In this document: piece after piece, positions 41,541-56,411 of the stretch
Layout of the letters: every line of letters begins with the position of its first letter
How positions within the stretch are numbered: the first letter of the stretch is position 1
Assembly: GCA_951406725.2 (NCBI GenBank)
Contig: OX597819.1
Span: 73,966,001 to 74,030,000 of the forward strand
Reading direction: 5' to 3'
Origin: Octopus vulgaris
Lineage: Eukaryota
Length of the DNA: 64,000 nt
Program-made: the position numbers and the translations under genes
The notes under the pieces: model-generated
Told to the model about the DNA's origin: nothing
Seen by the model: only the letters and a program-made list of their open reading frames with translations
Databases searched by the model: none

Positions 41541-43188
41541 GTATGTATGCATGTATGTACGTATGTATGTATGTATATACAGGTGGAAAGGCGATTCGAA
41601 TCTTGCATGTGTTAAGAAGTACTTCCTCACGATAATATGGTTCATATTTAGTGGAACTATGTTAAAGATTTGGGAAAGCATTTTCATAACAGCATATAGT
41701 GCCCAGGCCAATTGCTAGTAGGTTGCGTTCGCTTAACGGGAAATTACCGAGCGGGGAAAGTGCGTTACAGTTTCATGTTAAAAATCGTTGTTACTGTCGC
41801 CACCACCATTATCATCACCACCAGCATAGAGTGGTGTTACATATTACACGCTTTCCCTGGGGCTGAAGTGTAAATATTATTGAGTTGTGTAGGCACGTGC
41901 GATTTGGTTATGCATAACGTGCCTACAAGTCGCTAATAGTGCCTATGTAGTATCACCCAGATACCGTATATCTCTATGAAGTCATTAATATTTCTGCACC
42001 GATATATTCTGAGGCATAAATAATCTGGAGCTTCTACCTTTTAGTAAAATGTTGGTTAGAGCAAGGATTCTCTCAGCTCTCCCACTTCTTCTTAGATGAA
42101 TGCCCAAGAATTATCAGACTGTAGACACGGAACCGGTAAGCTGACAGAATCAGAAGCACTTTGGACAAAATGCTTAGCCACCCAGCAATGTTGATGACCC
42201 AGTAGTGTTCAATATCCAGCAGTGTTCACTGTGTTGTGTTCATGCGAATCACAATTCAGTAATGATTACTATCAAAAAGCGTTCGTTCTCCAACAGTGTT
42301 CATAGCATCAAAGAATTTACCGTTCATCTGCTTTCACCATCTAAGAATCTTACCATTTTATAGTGTACATAAGTGAGCACTGTTTAATATCCAACAGTTT
42401 CTATTAAGGAACAGTATATATTTTCTAACGTTTAATAGAGATCCCCATCTAATACTACCCAACAATGTTCACTATTCTACAGTGTTTATTACCCAACACT
42501 GTTTACTAACGAACATCATTCATTGTCCAAAAGAGACCATTACCCAACAGTGATAATTTTCCAAGAATGTCTATTTATGTTGTTCAATATTTAACTGCGT
42601 ACATTATCCAAGAGTCTCCGCTGCATATCTATGTTCACTGACAAAGTCTGTCCACCAGCCTGCGACGTTCATTCTGCGACAGTGTTCACTATCTTGTTTC
42701 CTAACAAGCCATGTTCATTGTCCAGCAGTGTTCACCACAAACCAATGCCCATTATCTAACGTTATTTACAATCCTAAAGCATTCATTATCTGACAGTTCT
42801 TACTATCCAACAACGTACATTATACAACAATGTTAACCATTTTACATTACTCGTTATCTAAAAGTGTTTACTTTGCTACCACGCTCATTGTCCAACAATG
42901 TTCACCACCCAACAGTGTTCACAATCCAATAGTGTTACATATCAGTCTCACTATCAGATAGTGTACATTATCTAATAGAGCACACCATCATACTCTGTTT
43001 ACTATCGTAGAATGTTCATTATCCGGCAATTTCCTCATCAATGTTTATGATCTCATGATATTCATTATCCAGAAGTATTCATTGTATACTGGATGTGAAC
43101 ATCCTTCTCATATATTCTTTATCAAATTCCCATACTTACATATCACAGCACAATCTCTCAATCTCACTCGTATTTCTAATCAGTTATT

Positions 43189-43247
<59 letters not shown>

Positions 43248-43274
43248 AATAACAACATACATACATACACAGCT

Positions 43275-43830
43275 GCGAGTAAAGCTGTGCAACTCTGACA
43301 TGGCTGCACTCAGTGAATCACCACAGTTAGACGAATGGAAAGCTGGACACTTTTGTTTCTGGACAGACATGTTTCTACAAAAAATGAGAACGAGACACGC
43401 AGCTCTCGTATTTCTGATCGCATCATGACTATTATGTCACGGCTTGATTGGGACACGCTATGTTTGACAAGTACTACGCTCTAACCATGGCCACCTCTGA
43501 GCAGAAAAAGGACGACTTTTCCAACTAACTTTCCGATGTTTGAAGGAGACATTTTCTTATAGAAAATATGAGATTCTTCTAAAAGATTACTCAATACAAG
43601 TATGGCGATATAACAGTGATCTATATTGATCTAATATCGACAAAAATATTGTGGTATTTCGATGAGCTTCGATGAGGAATGCATGAAGTCCCGGGATATT
43701 TTCTCCTGCTGCATTTTCTCCAGTGATGGCCGTAGGACATAATCTCGTCATAACATTGGAAGAACGAAAAAGAGAAGAAAGGTGTTTCTAACTTTGCATC
43801 ATCTTCGTATTTTCCTCTCAGTTGTTTTAT
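43275..43830 (+). mobile_element. Ancient decayed LINE AP-endonuclease fragment; copies at 61270-61815(+), 54395-54950(-) and 34620-35000(-)
   Basis: Broken translation DMAALSES..AGHFCFW..YALTMATSEQKKDDF..HNLVIT resembles RTE-type APE motifs (DIAALSET, YTFFWSG, YAPT, NLVIT). Confidence 0.55.
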
Positions 43831-44812
43831 TTAAAAGAGGAAACGATTCCCTCTGGTACAGGTTCGATGCAAGAATTGATAGTTTCCAACTTTGGCTCAA
43901 GGCCAGCAATTTCGGGGTAGGTGTAATGGATTTCGTCGACCCCATTACGTAAATAATCAAGACGGGAAGAAAGAAATGACCTACTGGTGAGATACGTTGT
44001 AATATAACGTATATAAATATATATTAAAGATATTAAAGAAATGACTGTAACATGAAATATAAAAAGAAATTATTTATAAAATAAATCACATTTTTTCATA
44101 TCGAGAAATAATAGAATAAGTAGTAAATATAATATGGATGTTTGTAACGAAGTTGTAATCCCCTCATTGAACAAAATAAAAAAACACAAACAACTGAATA
44201 TAAAATAAAATATTAACACTTTAATGTTTCCATACAAAAATATAATTCTCATTTATATAATAAATAATAGAAATGATGTTGGTGTATATATGTGTGTGTG
44301 TGTGTGTGTGTGTGCGTGCGTGTGTGTGTGTGTGTGTATGTGTGTGTGAGAGTATGCAGGTAAGTCTTGCTAGTATAATGCATAGGAATATAATGTATAT
44401 ATTATAATGAAGATTAAAAAAATAGGAAATGTAATCGGAAAATAAAAAAATTAACAATGAATTAAATAACGTAGCTATAGTTATGTATATATGAATATAT
44501 ATGTATAAATAAGTATAGGTATGTCTACATAAAGACATATATAGATTGATCCGTCACAGTTCCATTGTTTTAATACCAATAACATCGATGTAACACGATA
44601 TTAAATAGAAATATTTATCTTATAAAGGAGAAATATATATTGTTTACGATTATAAACGTGATAAGAAAATATAAGATAAAAATTAATGGAAATATTGGTA
44701 TTTAACGATTAAAATAATCGTCGATATGATTATTAAGTGGTGAAGCTAAAACACTTCTACATAATTTTTCTCTAACTGAGATTGTTTACAGAAGTATTAG
44801 AACAGGAATTAA

Positions 44813-45106
44813 TTACATAAACGATTGTAGAGTATTTTGAATGTAGTTTATATTTTCATGAAGTGTATGGAGTGTAATTATGGTAAACCATCGCTGCTTG
44901 TTTATTGGCACATCGTCCGGTAGCAAAAGACTGTCATCTACTTCGACATTTTGTTTGATGTTTGAAAATATCTGAAATATATGAAAAGAACATTGTAAAT
45001 AAGAGATACACATTAATTGATATTAATACACACACGCATAGAAACACACACACACGATACACATGCAATGAAACCTACCGGGGCTCACAGTCCACACCTT
45101 ATAAAG

Positions 45107-45173
<67 letters not shown>

Positions 45174-47721
45174 TATTTATTTATCCATAGTTAACCCAAC
45201 GTGGAGGAGATCTAAACATGGTCAACGTAGCTATTTCTCTCTACATTCAATACTATAGAGACATTTATACACACATATTATATATCACATTTACTAATAC
45301 TAATAATATACGCACATATGTTATATATGAATTTACTACTAATAATAATATAGACACATATGCACACACACGTATGTATATATTACGTATAATATTTTGA
45401 TAGACTAAGTAATATTATTAAATTATAATGGTTCAAAATTATTCTAATTGTAGTAATTCCGTCAAATAATTAGACATTCTACGCAGATTACAAATATACG
45501 CATTGTTGTCTACATCATATAAATGAGGAAAGTGTGCAGAACGTAAGCTGATTATCGTCTGCACGAAGTATTTTACGACAGAAATCTTAGAAACCCTGAA
45601 GATGAAACACAAGAATACTTTGAAAGAATGCTTCGAAATGAGTATATATTACTCCGAGGGAATCTAAAGAATAGCACTTTTGGACTTTTGACAACAGTTT
45701 CTGTAAATAAACTGACTATATCTTCTCGGATCAGTTCTATGAGATATATATTTAATATATTCCGATAAACATGAGGATATTTTGGTGCTGTTTTATTGAA
45801 CAAGGCATTTATCTACATTAATTTTTCGTGAGGAAATGAAAGAGAAATCGCGTGAACCTTCATCTAGAAAAATATATTACGATAATAATACTTACCGGTG
45901 AATCCAGAAAAAGTATCGTATCAACCAGGTAAGAAAGCGTTTGTTTTAAGTAACAATAAAATATGGCATCAAATGTGGGAGTGAGTTTAGAACAGGCAGC
46001 GGGATAATGACACTCTGTCTGTATACGTTTGGCAGGGGCACACAGCTGGTCATATTCTTTTTCCGTCTGATTCTTCAACACAGTAACATATTGACTGAGG
46101 GTTGCAGACATATTGGATAGAGCAATCTGTAATAAAGAATTGTGAGAAGCTTGAATTTGATTCGACACTAATTGAGATTTCTTATAAAATATAGAATCGA
46201 GTTTAGATAAAAAGTGTATAAATATTCCAAGAAAATGTGTTTGATAATATGTCCATACCTTGACTAAATCTGTCTGCACGATGGTGATATTGTCTTGAAT
46301 GTTGAGCTGAGGGAATGTAAGTTCCGTCTGGTTGAGTAGCATATGAATAAAGTGAGGACAGGATACCGCAGAAGCCATTGGAGTGTTGTGGCACTGTAGA
46401 AAAACACGTGACATATTAGGCGTCTGAGATTTGGACAGATAGGATTAGAAAACAACGGAGTAGAAGTCCGTTTACACTGAACTAATAGTTATAGATATTG
46501 ATCTTTATGAGAACTTTATTAATTATTATGTGGGTAGTATTTTAAGTAATATATTATTGGAGTGGTATAAGAAGTTGTAATAATGATGATGATGATGATG
46601 AATATGATGATGATAACAATATCAAGTATAACAATAATAATAACAATAATATATGAATGAATATATGTAAACTTACAAAAGAGTGCAAAGTAGTGTTCAC
46701 GGCTATTGAGGCCCTGCGAGCCGCCTCCAGCTGAGCTTTTATGTTATTTATTGGTATCGCTGTCGGTTTTATAGACGCTCCATGGATGAATGAAATCCAG
46801 ACTGAGAGACATAGGACCAATATATATTGCCAGTCTACGGGAAAATGGAAAAAAATACCATTAAGGAACATTTGGAAGGAAAGGGAGACATTGAAGGAAT
46901 TGTTATTATTAAAAAGAAATAACTCGTTAAAAAGAAATGACTCAATAAGTCGCTGTTAGTTTTTCACGTGTCGTAAACAATGAGCTGAACATTTTGGAAC
47001 TCAATAAACGATATTCACAAATATTTAACATAGTTCCACTAAATATAAACCATAATTTCTTGTGTAGTGTGTCAATGTGTCTATATAATTAATAGTAGTA
47101 AATTCATATGTAAGATGTGTGTGTATATTGTTAGTATTAGTAAATGTGATATATAATATGTGCGTTTAAAACCACTTATATTAAAGCCACTTACATTGAT
47201 AGATAGAATGATAGATAGATAGCTAGATGGATAGATAGATAGAAAGAATTGGATAGATAGATAGAAAGAATTGGATAGATAGATATATAGATAGAGAAAG
47301 AGAGAGAGATAATTGCATACATTGACAGGGACATACATATATTTACATATTTCTGTGCGCGTGTACATGTGTGTATATGTGTGTGGGCGGTGTCATTGTC
47401 TCTCTCTCTTGAGTACCGCTTGATGACCAATGCTTGTGTGTATATATACAGGAAAAGTAACTCTTCGGTAAAAAGTTACCAACAGAATAAGTACATGGCT
47501 TTCTCAAATAAGTCCTCGGCTGGTAAATTCGACCTAAACAGTTTTCAAGCTTGTGTCACAGCATGGCCGCAAACCAGCGGACTAAAACAAGTAATAGACA
47601 GTTTATATATGTATGTATGTATGTATGTATATATGTATGTATGTATGTATGCATGTATGTATATGTATATATATATATGTATGTATATATATCTATATAT
47701 ATGTATGTATATGTGTGTATG

Positions 47722-47813
<92 letters not shown>

Positions 47814-48303
47814 CAGGTGGAAAGATTCGATGTTTGTATGTGTTAACAATTACTTCCTCATGACAATATAACCTTTAATCTATTCAAGATATCCTTCGAC
47901 TGAATATTACCCGGCCGTATACACCTCATTTGGATTTACCAATTTTGAGGTTTCATTCGCCATCAAACACATGTAGCCCGAATTATTCTTTTCCATTCTG
48001 TAACTCTTATATTCTTTTTCGCAAACTCGACAAACCTTGTCGCCTACCGTAGAATATAAAAAGAACTTTTTTCTTCGTATCAATTTTCGATAAAAAAAAA
48101 TTAAATAATCCCCAATCTTCCGCTTGAATACACCCAAATTTGTTCCGAAAGGTGTTTTTTCTTAATATTTACTACGAATTGCTTGAAATTAACTGTCTTC
48201 ATACACCTCGATCCCTTGATCTTACATTTGTGTATGTGTGTGTTTCCTATAAATGTATGTGCGTATGTATGTATGTGTTTATGTAAGTATGTAAATATGT
48301 GTT

Positions 48304-48350
<47 letters not shown>

Positions 48351-48611
48351 TGCCGACCTCATACTTACAGTTATTCATCTTGTTTGATTTTTCGTTATGA
48401 AAAATGTTTTAAGAGAACGTGAAGTTGTAGTTCCTTTGCTTGTTACGAATTATTGTGTTTAAGTGACGATGGAATATCGGCTTATATAGTGTTTTTAGCA
48501 GTGATAGGATTGGAAAATCCCGTTCTATGTGATGGCCTTCATGAAGCTGGAAGATATACTCTTCCTTTATCTGTTGTTTAAATTTAGTTTACGAAAATTG
48601 CTCGCTTTCAT
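44813..48611 (-). CDS. Copy C: secreted four-helix cytokine-like protein, 233 aa, intact
   Basis: Exons 48611-48593 (MKASNF), 46834-46677, 46393-46259, 46126-45896 and 44971-44813 (TAA); all GT-AG. Product: [233 protein letters not shown]. Confidence 0.88.
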
Positions 48612-48830
48612 TTCTGGCGGAAGTTGAAGCTTGTGCTAATATTTTTCTTTCAATGTGTCAGAGATTTAGGTTTACGGAAAGAGGAAAGCTTTTATGAATG
48701 AACTATTTTTATCATAGTATATAGGTCACAGTCCAATTGCTAGTAGGTTACTTTCGCTTAACGGGATGTAACCGCGCGGGAAATAGTGAGTCACAGTTTC
48801 AGGTTACAAATCGTTGTTACTATCGACGTC
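48612..48830 (-). promoter_or_regulatory. Putative promoter and 5'UTR of copy C
   Basis: TATATA at 48718-48723, ccaat at ~48733 and AP-1 consensus TGAGTCA at 48787-48793; homologous to 19020-19218. Confidence 0.55.
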
Positions 48831-50792
48831 GCCAACGTCTTCCTCGTCATTATCATTATCATCATCATGTGTATCAACTTCATCATCTTCAAGACCACGA
48901 CCACCACGAACACCACCACTACCGCCACCACCCCCATCCTCACCAGAACGAACACCAGAACGAAATAAAGAAACCAATCACTCAAACATCGTATAACTCC
49001 CTCAATCACAACTCACATACATTCAGAAATCAAGGGTCTAATATCCCAAAAAACGAATACAGAAACTATTGAAAATAATTTACAACCAGCAATACCGACA
49101 GTCACAAATGGAGGAATGTGTTTAGAAGGAGGGGAAGGGGGAGGAGAAAGAAGTGGAGGAAGGGGGAGGAGAAAGAAGTGGAGGAAGGGGGTACGAAACA
49201 GAAGAAACAGCATCAATATAAGAATATGGCAAGTACAGAAATCTTCGACTAGATAATAGAAATCCTTGTTGCAAGCGGCCTGGTTCTCCGTGAGTTATGA
49301 CGACGTGTGTTCCAGATGATACGATCAAACGAACAGAGTCTTCATGAAATTAACGTGCAAACGGCTCAGTACACCACAGACACGTGTACACTTAACCAAA
49401 TTCTGAAGGAGATTCAGTATGATAAAGAATGTGATAAGGCTGACCCATTCTGAATTGCAGGTACAGCTCAACAGTTATGACTGAATGGCAAACATAGAGA
49501 CATACACCAATGTGACTTTCTCAATCCTTTTTTCGAAGCACAAACGTAAAGGACTTGGTCTTCAAAAGCCCAACCATCAACACCATGCGTCAATCAAAAA
49601 CCCTCAAGAAATATCTAGCAAGGATAAATTCACTTACCCACACCAACCCCGAATTTTCTGTAAAAACTTGTGGAGATAGCTGATGCGGAATCTGAATTAG
49701 GCAAAGTTACAACCATTTAGAAATATCCGAGGGATAAAGACGGATATTAATTGGGAAACAAGAAATCTCTTGTGTTACATAATCTGGCCTTGTCGTAAGG
49801 AAAACTATATTGGTTAAACCGGAATCTCCTTGGGTGATAGAGAGAAAATACACACACTTTATCCCGACCAAAGGGAAATCCCACTTAGTGAAAATTAACT
49901 AATTTTCGATGACAAGTTTATTTTTTTCCTATTTGTCTTTGCTTAATAGACAATCCAAAATATTTTTTAAAAATTGAGAAGTATTTTTTAAAAATAAATT
50001 CTCCAAAATTAACTTTGCTTTAAAAGACAATACTGAACAAAAGACAATATTTTTTTTACCTCCGTCTCTAAAAACGTCTTAAGGAGAGATGAAAACGACA
50101 ATAAAATGAAAAATTTTCCGCCTCACTTCCATATTTTTTTTATTATTTTCTCTTCTTCATATTATTTTATTGAAAATTAGGTGAAACGGAATTTTGACAC
50201 TTTCACTTCTATCTCTCAATGAATTATTTCTAGTTTTGCTACTCGTTTATTAATTCTACATATATTAGTATGGGAATTGTGTGTGTATGTGTGTTTGTGT
50301 GTGTATGTATGTATTTATATATCACCGATCAATGTACACGCCTGCACATAAACGCCATGTATATCTTAAAGAATCGCTTCTTTTTCATTTTATTACGGGG
50401 CCTGTTTGTATGTGGTTGTTATTTTCTCTCCTTCATATTCCATATCAGCTATCTCCACAAGCATTTGCAGAAACAAATCCAGATGTTTTTTCAAATGAAT
50501 TTCACCTTTGTTAGGTATTGCATGAGAGTATGAACGGGGCCACATACACACACATTTTCCCGAGCAAAAGGAAATCCTACTTTGTGAAAATTAACTAATT
50601 TTCGTTAAGCAGTTTATTTTTTTTTCCTGTTTGTCTTTGCTTAAGAGACAATCCACGACAATTATAACCTTGGCCTGATGATTAGGTGGCAGTATACACC
50701 TCACTTGGATTTTACCACTTCTGAAATTTCACTCGCCATGAAACACATGTATCCCGGATTTTCCTTCTACATTCTGTATTCTTTTTGCAAAT

Positions 50793-50893
<101 letters not shown>

Positions 50894-51306
50894 CTATCTA
50901 TCCATCTATCTATCTATCTATCTTGATATGCCTCTATATATGTATATAAGTGCTTTTAAAAGTGCATTGTTTTTATTTCTATTATTTAATTATCGCACTC
51001 AATTCCTATGGTAGAACAAAACAACAGCAAAACACTTAAAACGTGGCCTTCTTCCACTCAGCCAAATATCTATTCACTTCTCTTTAACACACTACACAAG
51101 AAATTATGGTTTATATTTAGTGGAACTATGTTAAATATTTGTGAATATCGTTTATTGAGTTCCAAAATGTTCAGCTCATTGTTTACGACACGTGAAAAAC
51201 TAACAGCGACTTATCGAGTTATTTCTTTTTAATAATAAAAATTCCTTCAATGTCTCCCTTTCCTTCTAAATGTTCCTTAATGGTATTTTTTTCCATTTTC
51301 CCGTAG

Positions 51307-53109
51307 ACTGGCAATATATATTGGTCCTGTGTATCTCAGTCTGGACTTCATTCATCCAGGGAGCATCGATAAAACCTACAGCGATACCAATAAATAACAT
51401 AAAAACTCAGCTGGACGCGGCTCGAAGGGCCTCAATAGCTGTGAACACTACTTTGCATACTTTTGTAAGTTTACATTTATTTCTTCATATATTATTGTTA
51501 TTATTATTATTATTGTTATTCTTGGTATTGTTATCATCATCATCATCATCATCATCACCATCATCATCATTAGTATTTCTTTTACCACTCCAATAATATA
51601 TTACTTACCCACATAATAATTAATAAGGTTCTCATAAAGATCAATATTTATAACTACTCGTTCGCTGTAAACGGACTTCTACTCCATTGTTTTCTAATCC
51701 TATCTGTCCAAATCTCAGACTCATAATATGTCACGTGTTTTTCTACAGTGCCACAACACTCCAATGGCTTCTGCGGTATCCTGTCCTCACTTTATTCATA
51801 AGCTACTCAACCAGACGGGACTTATATTCCCTCAGCTCTACATTCAAGACAATATCACCATCGCGCAGACAGATTTAGTCAAGGTATGGGCATATTATCA
51901 AACATATTTTCTTGAAATATTTATACACTTTCTATCTAAACTCGATTCTATATTTTATAAGAAATCTCAATCAGTGTCGAATAAAATTCATGCTTCTCAC
52001 AATTCTTAATTACAGATTGCTCTATCCAATATGTCTGCAACCCTCAGTCAATATGTTACCGTGCTGAAGATTCAGACGGAAAAAGAATATGACCAGCTGT
52101 GTGCCCCTGCCAAACGTATACAGACAGAGTGTTATTATCCGGCTGCCTGTTCTAAACTCACTCCCACATCTGATGCCATATTTTATTGTTACTTAAAACA
52201 AACACTTTCTTACCTGGTTGATACGATACTTTTTCTGGAATCAACGGTAAGTATTATTCTCGTAATATATTTTCCTAGATGAAGATTCACGCGATTTCTC
52301 TTTTATTTCCTCACGTAAAATTAATATAGATAAATTCCCTGTTCAGTAAAACAGCATCAAAATATCCTCATGTTTATCGGAATATATTAAATATATATCT
52401 CATAGAACTGATCCAGGAAAATATGGTCAGTTTATTTACAGAAACTGTTGTCAAAGATCAAAAGTGCTATTCTTTAGATTCCCTCGGAGTAATATATACT
52501 CATTTCGAAGCATTCTTTCAAAGTATTCTTGTGTTTCATGACTACTAAAAGATTACAAATTACATCTCTTCAGGGTTTCTAAGATTTCTGTCGTAAAATA
52601 CTTCGTGCAGACGATAATCAGCTTACGTTCTGCACACTTTCCTCATTTTTATAATGTAGACAGCAACGCGTAGAATTGTAATCTGCGTAGAATGTCTAAT
52701 TATTTGACGGAATTACTACAATTAGAATAATTTTGAATCGTTCTAATTTAATAATGTTACTTAGTCTATCAAACTGTTATACGTAATATATACGTGTGTG
52801 TGCCTATGTGTCTATATTATTATTAGTAGTAAATTCGTATATAAGATGTGCGCGTGTATTGTTAGTATTAGTAAATGTGATATATAATATGTGCGTATAA
52901 ATGTCTCTACAGTATTGAATGTAGGGGGAAATAGCAACATTGACCACATTTAGATTTCCTCCACGTAGGGTTTCCTTTGGATATATATATATATAGCTTG
53001 GTACTGTGTGGACTGAGAGCTCCGTTGGCAGAGCTACCACTGCATGTGTGAGCGCGTGTATCTGTGTTTGCACTTGTGTGCGAGTTTGTGTGTGTGTGTG
53101 TGTGTGTTT

Positions 53110-53158
<49 letters not shown>

Positions 53159-53392
53159 TGTGTTTGTTTGTGTACGTGTTAATATCAATTAATATTTATC
53201 TCTTATTTACCATAATATTTTAATATATTTCAGATATTTTCAAACATCAAACAAAATGTCGAAGTGGATGACAGTCTTTTGCTAGCGGACGATGTGCCAA
53301 TAACCAAGCAGCGATGGTTTACCATAATTACACTCCATATACTTCATGAAAATATAAACCACATTCAAAATACTCTACAATCCTTTATGTAA
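51307..53392 (+). CDS. Copy D: cytokine-like gene, exons 2-5 intact, no recognisable exon 1
   Basis: Exons 51307-51464, 51749-51883, 52016-52246 and 53234-53392 (TAA), GT-AG and in frame. No MK/EA(N/S)NF exon was seen on the plus strand upstream. An in-frame ATG lies at 51270. Confidence 0.75.
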
Positions 53393-53895
53393 TTAATTCC
53401 CAAACCACATTCAAAATACACTAGAATCCTTTATGTAATTAATTACCGTTATAATACTTCTGGAACCAATCTCAGTTAGAGAAAAATTATGTAGAAGTGT
53501 TTTAGCTTCACCACTTAATAATCATATCGACGATTATATTAATCGTTAAATACCAATATTTTCATCAATTTTTATCTTATATTTTCTTATCACGTTTATA
53601 ATCGTAAACAATATATATTTCTCTTTTATGAAATAAATATTTCTATTTAATATCGTGTTACATCGATGTTATTGGTATTACACCAATGGGACTGTGACGT
53701 ATCAATCTATATATTTTCCATATATACGTTCCTATATTTATCTATATATATATTCATATATACATACCTATACCTACGTTATTCAATTCATTTTTAATTT
53801 TTTTATTTTGCGATTTTATTTCCTATTTTTTTAATCTTCATTATAATATATACACCATATTCCTATGCACTATACTAGGAAGGCTTCCCTGCATA

Positions 53896-53968
<73 letters not shown>

Positions 53969-55480
53969 ACCAACATCATTTCTATTATTTATTATATAAA
54001 TGAGAATTATATTTTTGTATGGAAACATTAAAATGTTAATATTTTATTTTATATTCAGTTGTTTGTGTTTTTGATTTTGTTCAATGAGTGGATTACAACT
54101 TCATTACAGACATCCATATTATATTTACTACTTGTTCCATTATTTCTTTTTATATTTCATGTTACAGTCATTTCTTTCTCTTCAATATATATTTTATATA
54201 TATTATATTACAATGTATCTCACCAGTAGGACATTTTTTTCTTCCCGTCATCATAAAATAAGTACCATTTACGTAATGTGGTCGACGAAATCCATTACAC
54301 CTACCCCGAAATTGCTGGCCTTGAGTCAAAGTTGGAAACTATCAATTCTTGCATCGAACCTTTACCAGAGGGAATCGTTTCCTCTTTTGAATAAAACAAC
54401 TGAAAGGAAAATACGAAGATGATGCAAACCTAGAAAAGTCTTTCTTCTCTTTTTCGTTCTTCCAATGTTATGACAAGATTATGTCCTACGGCCCTCACTG
54501 GAGAAAATGCAGCAGGAGAAAATATCCCGGGACTCGTGTATTCCTCATCGAAGCTCATCGAAATACCACAATATTTTTGTCGATATTACATCAATAATGA
54601 TCACTGTAATATCGCCACACTTGTATTGAGTAATCTTTTAGAAGAATCTCATATTTTCTATCAGAAAATGTCTCCTTCAAACATCGGAAAGTTAGTTGGA
54701 AATGTCGTCCTTTTTCTGCTAAGAGGTGGTCATGTTTAGAGCGTAGTACCTGTCAAACATAGCGTGTTCCAATCAAGCCGTGAGATAATAGTCATAATGC
54801 GATCAGACATACGAGAGCTTCGTGTCTCGTTCTCATTTCTTGCAGAAACATGCGTGTCCAGAATCTTAAGTGTCCAGCTTTCCATTCGTCTAACTGTAGT
54901 GATTCACTGAGTGCAGCCATGTCAGAGTCGCACAGCTTTACTCGTAGCCGTTTATGTATGTACGTTGTTATTCAGTCTATTTCAAGATTCCTTGCCAATA
55001 GAGAAAGAACAGGTTTCTAACCTAGATCTAAGGTTCCTTAATTGGAATTTCAACATCAACAAGAGGGTAATGTATGTCTGTATGCATGTATGCATGCCTG
55101 TATGAATGTATATATATATGTGCAGATTTGTATGTTTTATGTATGTATTCTCAAGCAGATAGTTGCATGATAGTTGATATGCACGTATATATTTAAATGA
55201 TATTCTTTTGGAAAGTTTTACAGATGTATGTATGTATGTATGTATGTATGTATGTATGTATGTATGTATGTATGTATGTATGTATGTATGTATGTATGTA
55301 TGTATGTATGTATGTATGTATGTATGTATGTATGTATGTATGTATGTATGTAGGTATGTATGTATGTATGTGTGTGTGTATATATGTATGTATGTATGTG
55401 TAGGTTTGTATGTATGTATGTTTGTATATATGTATGTATATATGTCTGTATATATGTATATATATATGTGCATGTGCGTG

Positions 55481-55513
<33 letters not shown>

Positions 55514-55800
55514 ATGTATGTATGTAAGCATTAGTGTATGTATGTGTATGTGTGTATGTATTTATATATGTATGCATTCATACATGTATATACGTCTGTA
55601 AGTATGAATGTATGCATGTATGTATATATGTATATAACGGGCACAGAAAGTGTATCGTTTGCCAGCTGGAGGAGATGTCCTCCTGGGATTAAAAAGAATA
55701 GTAACAGTGTTCACTTCGGAACAACCACGTTGCGGTGGTAACAACCATAACCTGTGGTTGGAGTTCCTACTTGCATCTCGTATACAGACTTTAGGACTAG

Positions 55801-55847
<47 letters not shown>

Positions 55848-56057
55848 CACACCCATACACACACACACACACTTGTATGTATGTATATGTATGTATGTAT
55901 GTATATATATATATAGGCGGTGGCCTGGCTGTGGTAAGAAGATTCCTTTCGATCTACACACTTGCAGGTTCCGTTCCACTGTGTGGCCCCCGTGTGAGTG
56001 GATTTGGCAGAAGGAAACTGAAAGAAACCCGTCGTATTATGTATATGTTTGTATGTA

Positions 56058-56129
<72 letters not shown>

Positions 56130-56167
56130 ATATATATATACATGTGTACATATATATATATATATAT

Positions 56168-56283
<116 letters not shown>

Positions 56284-56284
56284 C

Positions 56285-56341
<57 letters not shown>

Positions 56342-56345
56342 CACA

Positions 56346-56377
<32 letters not shown>

Positions 56378-56411
56378 AGGATTGAGAGAGAGACACACAG
56401 AGATCTATGTA

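Noticed and set aside
42195-43080. Regularly spaced short repeats that might look like a CRISPR array
   Set aside because: The units are contiguous degenerate 17-mers without unique spacers, the context is eukaryotic and there are no cas genes.
54470-54739. Repeated ORF MTRLCPTALTGENAAG.. (also 61468-61794)
   Set aside because: It is the antisense frame of a decayed LINE endonuclease fragment, and the other copies (34696 and 43400-43750 regions) are disrupted.
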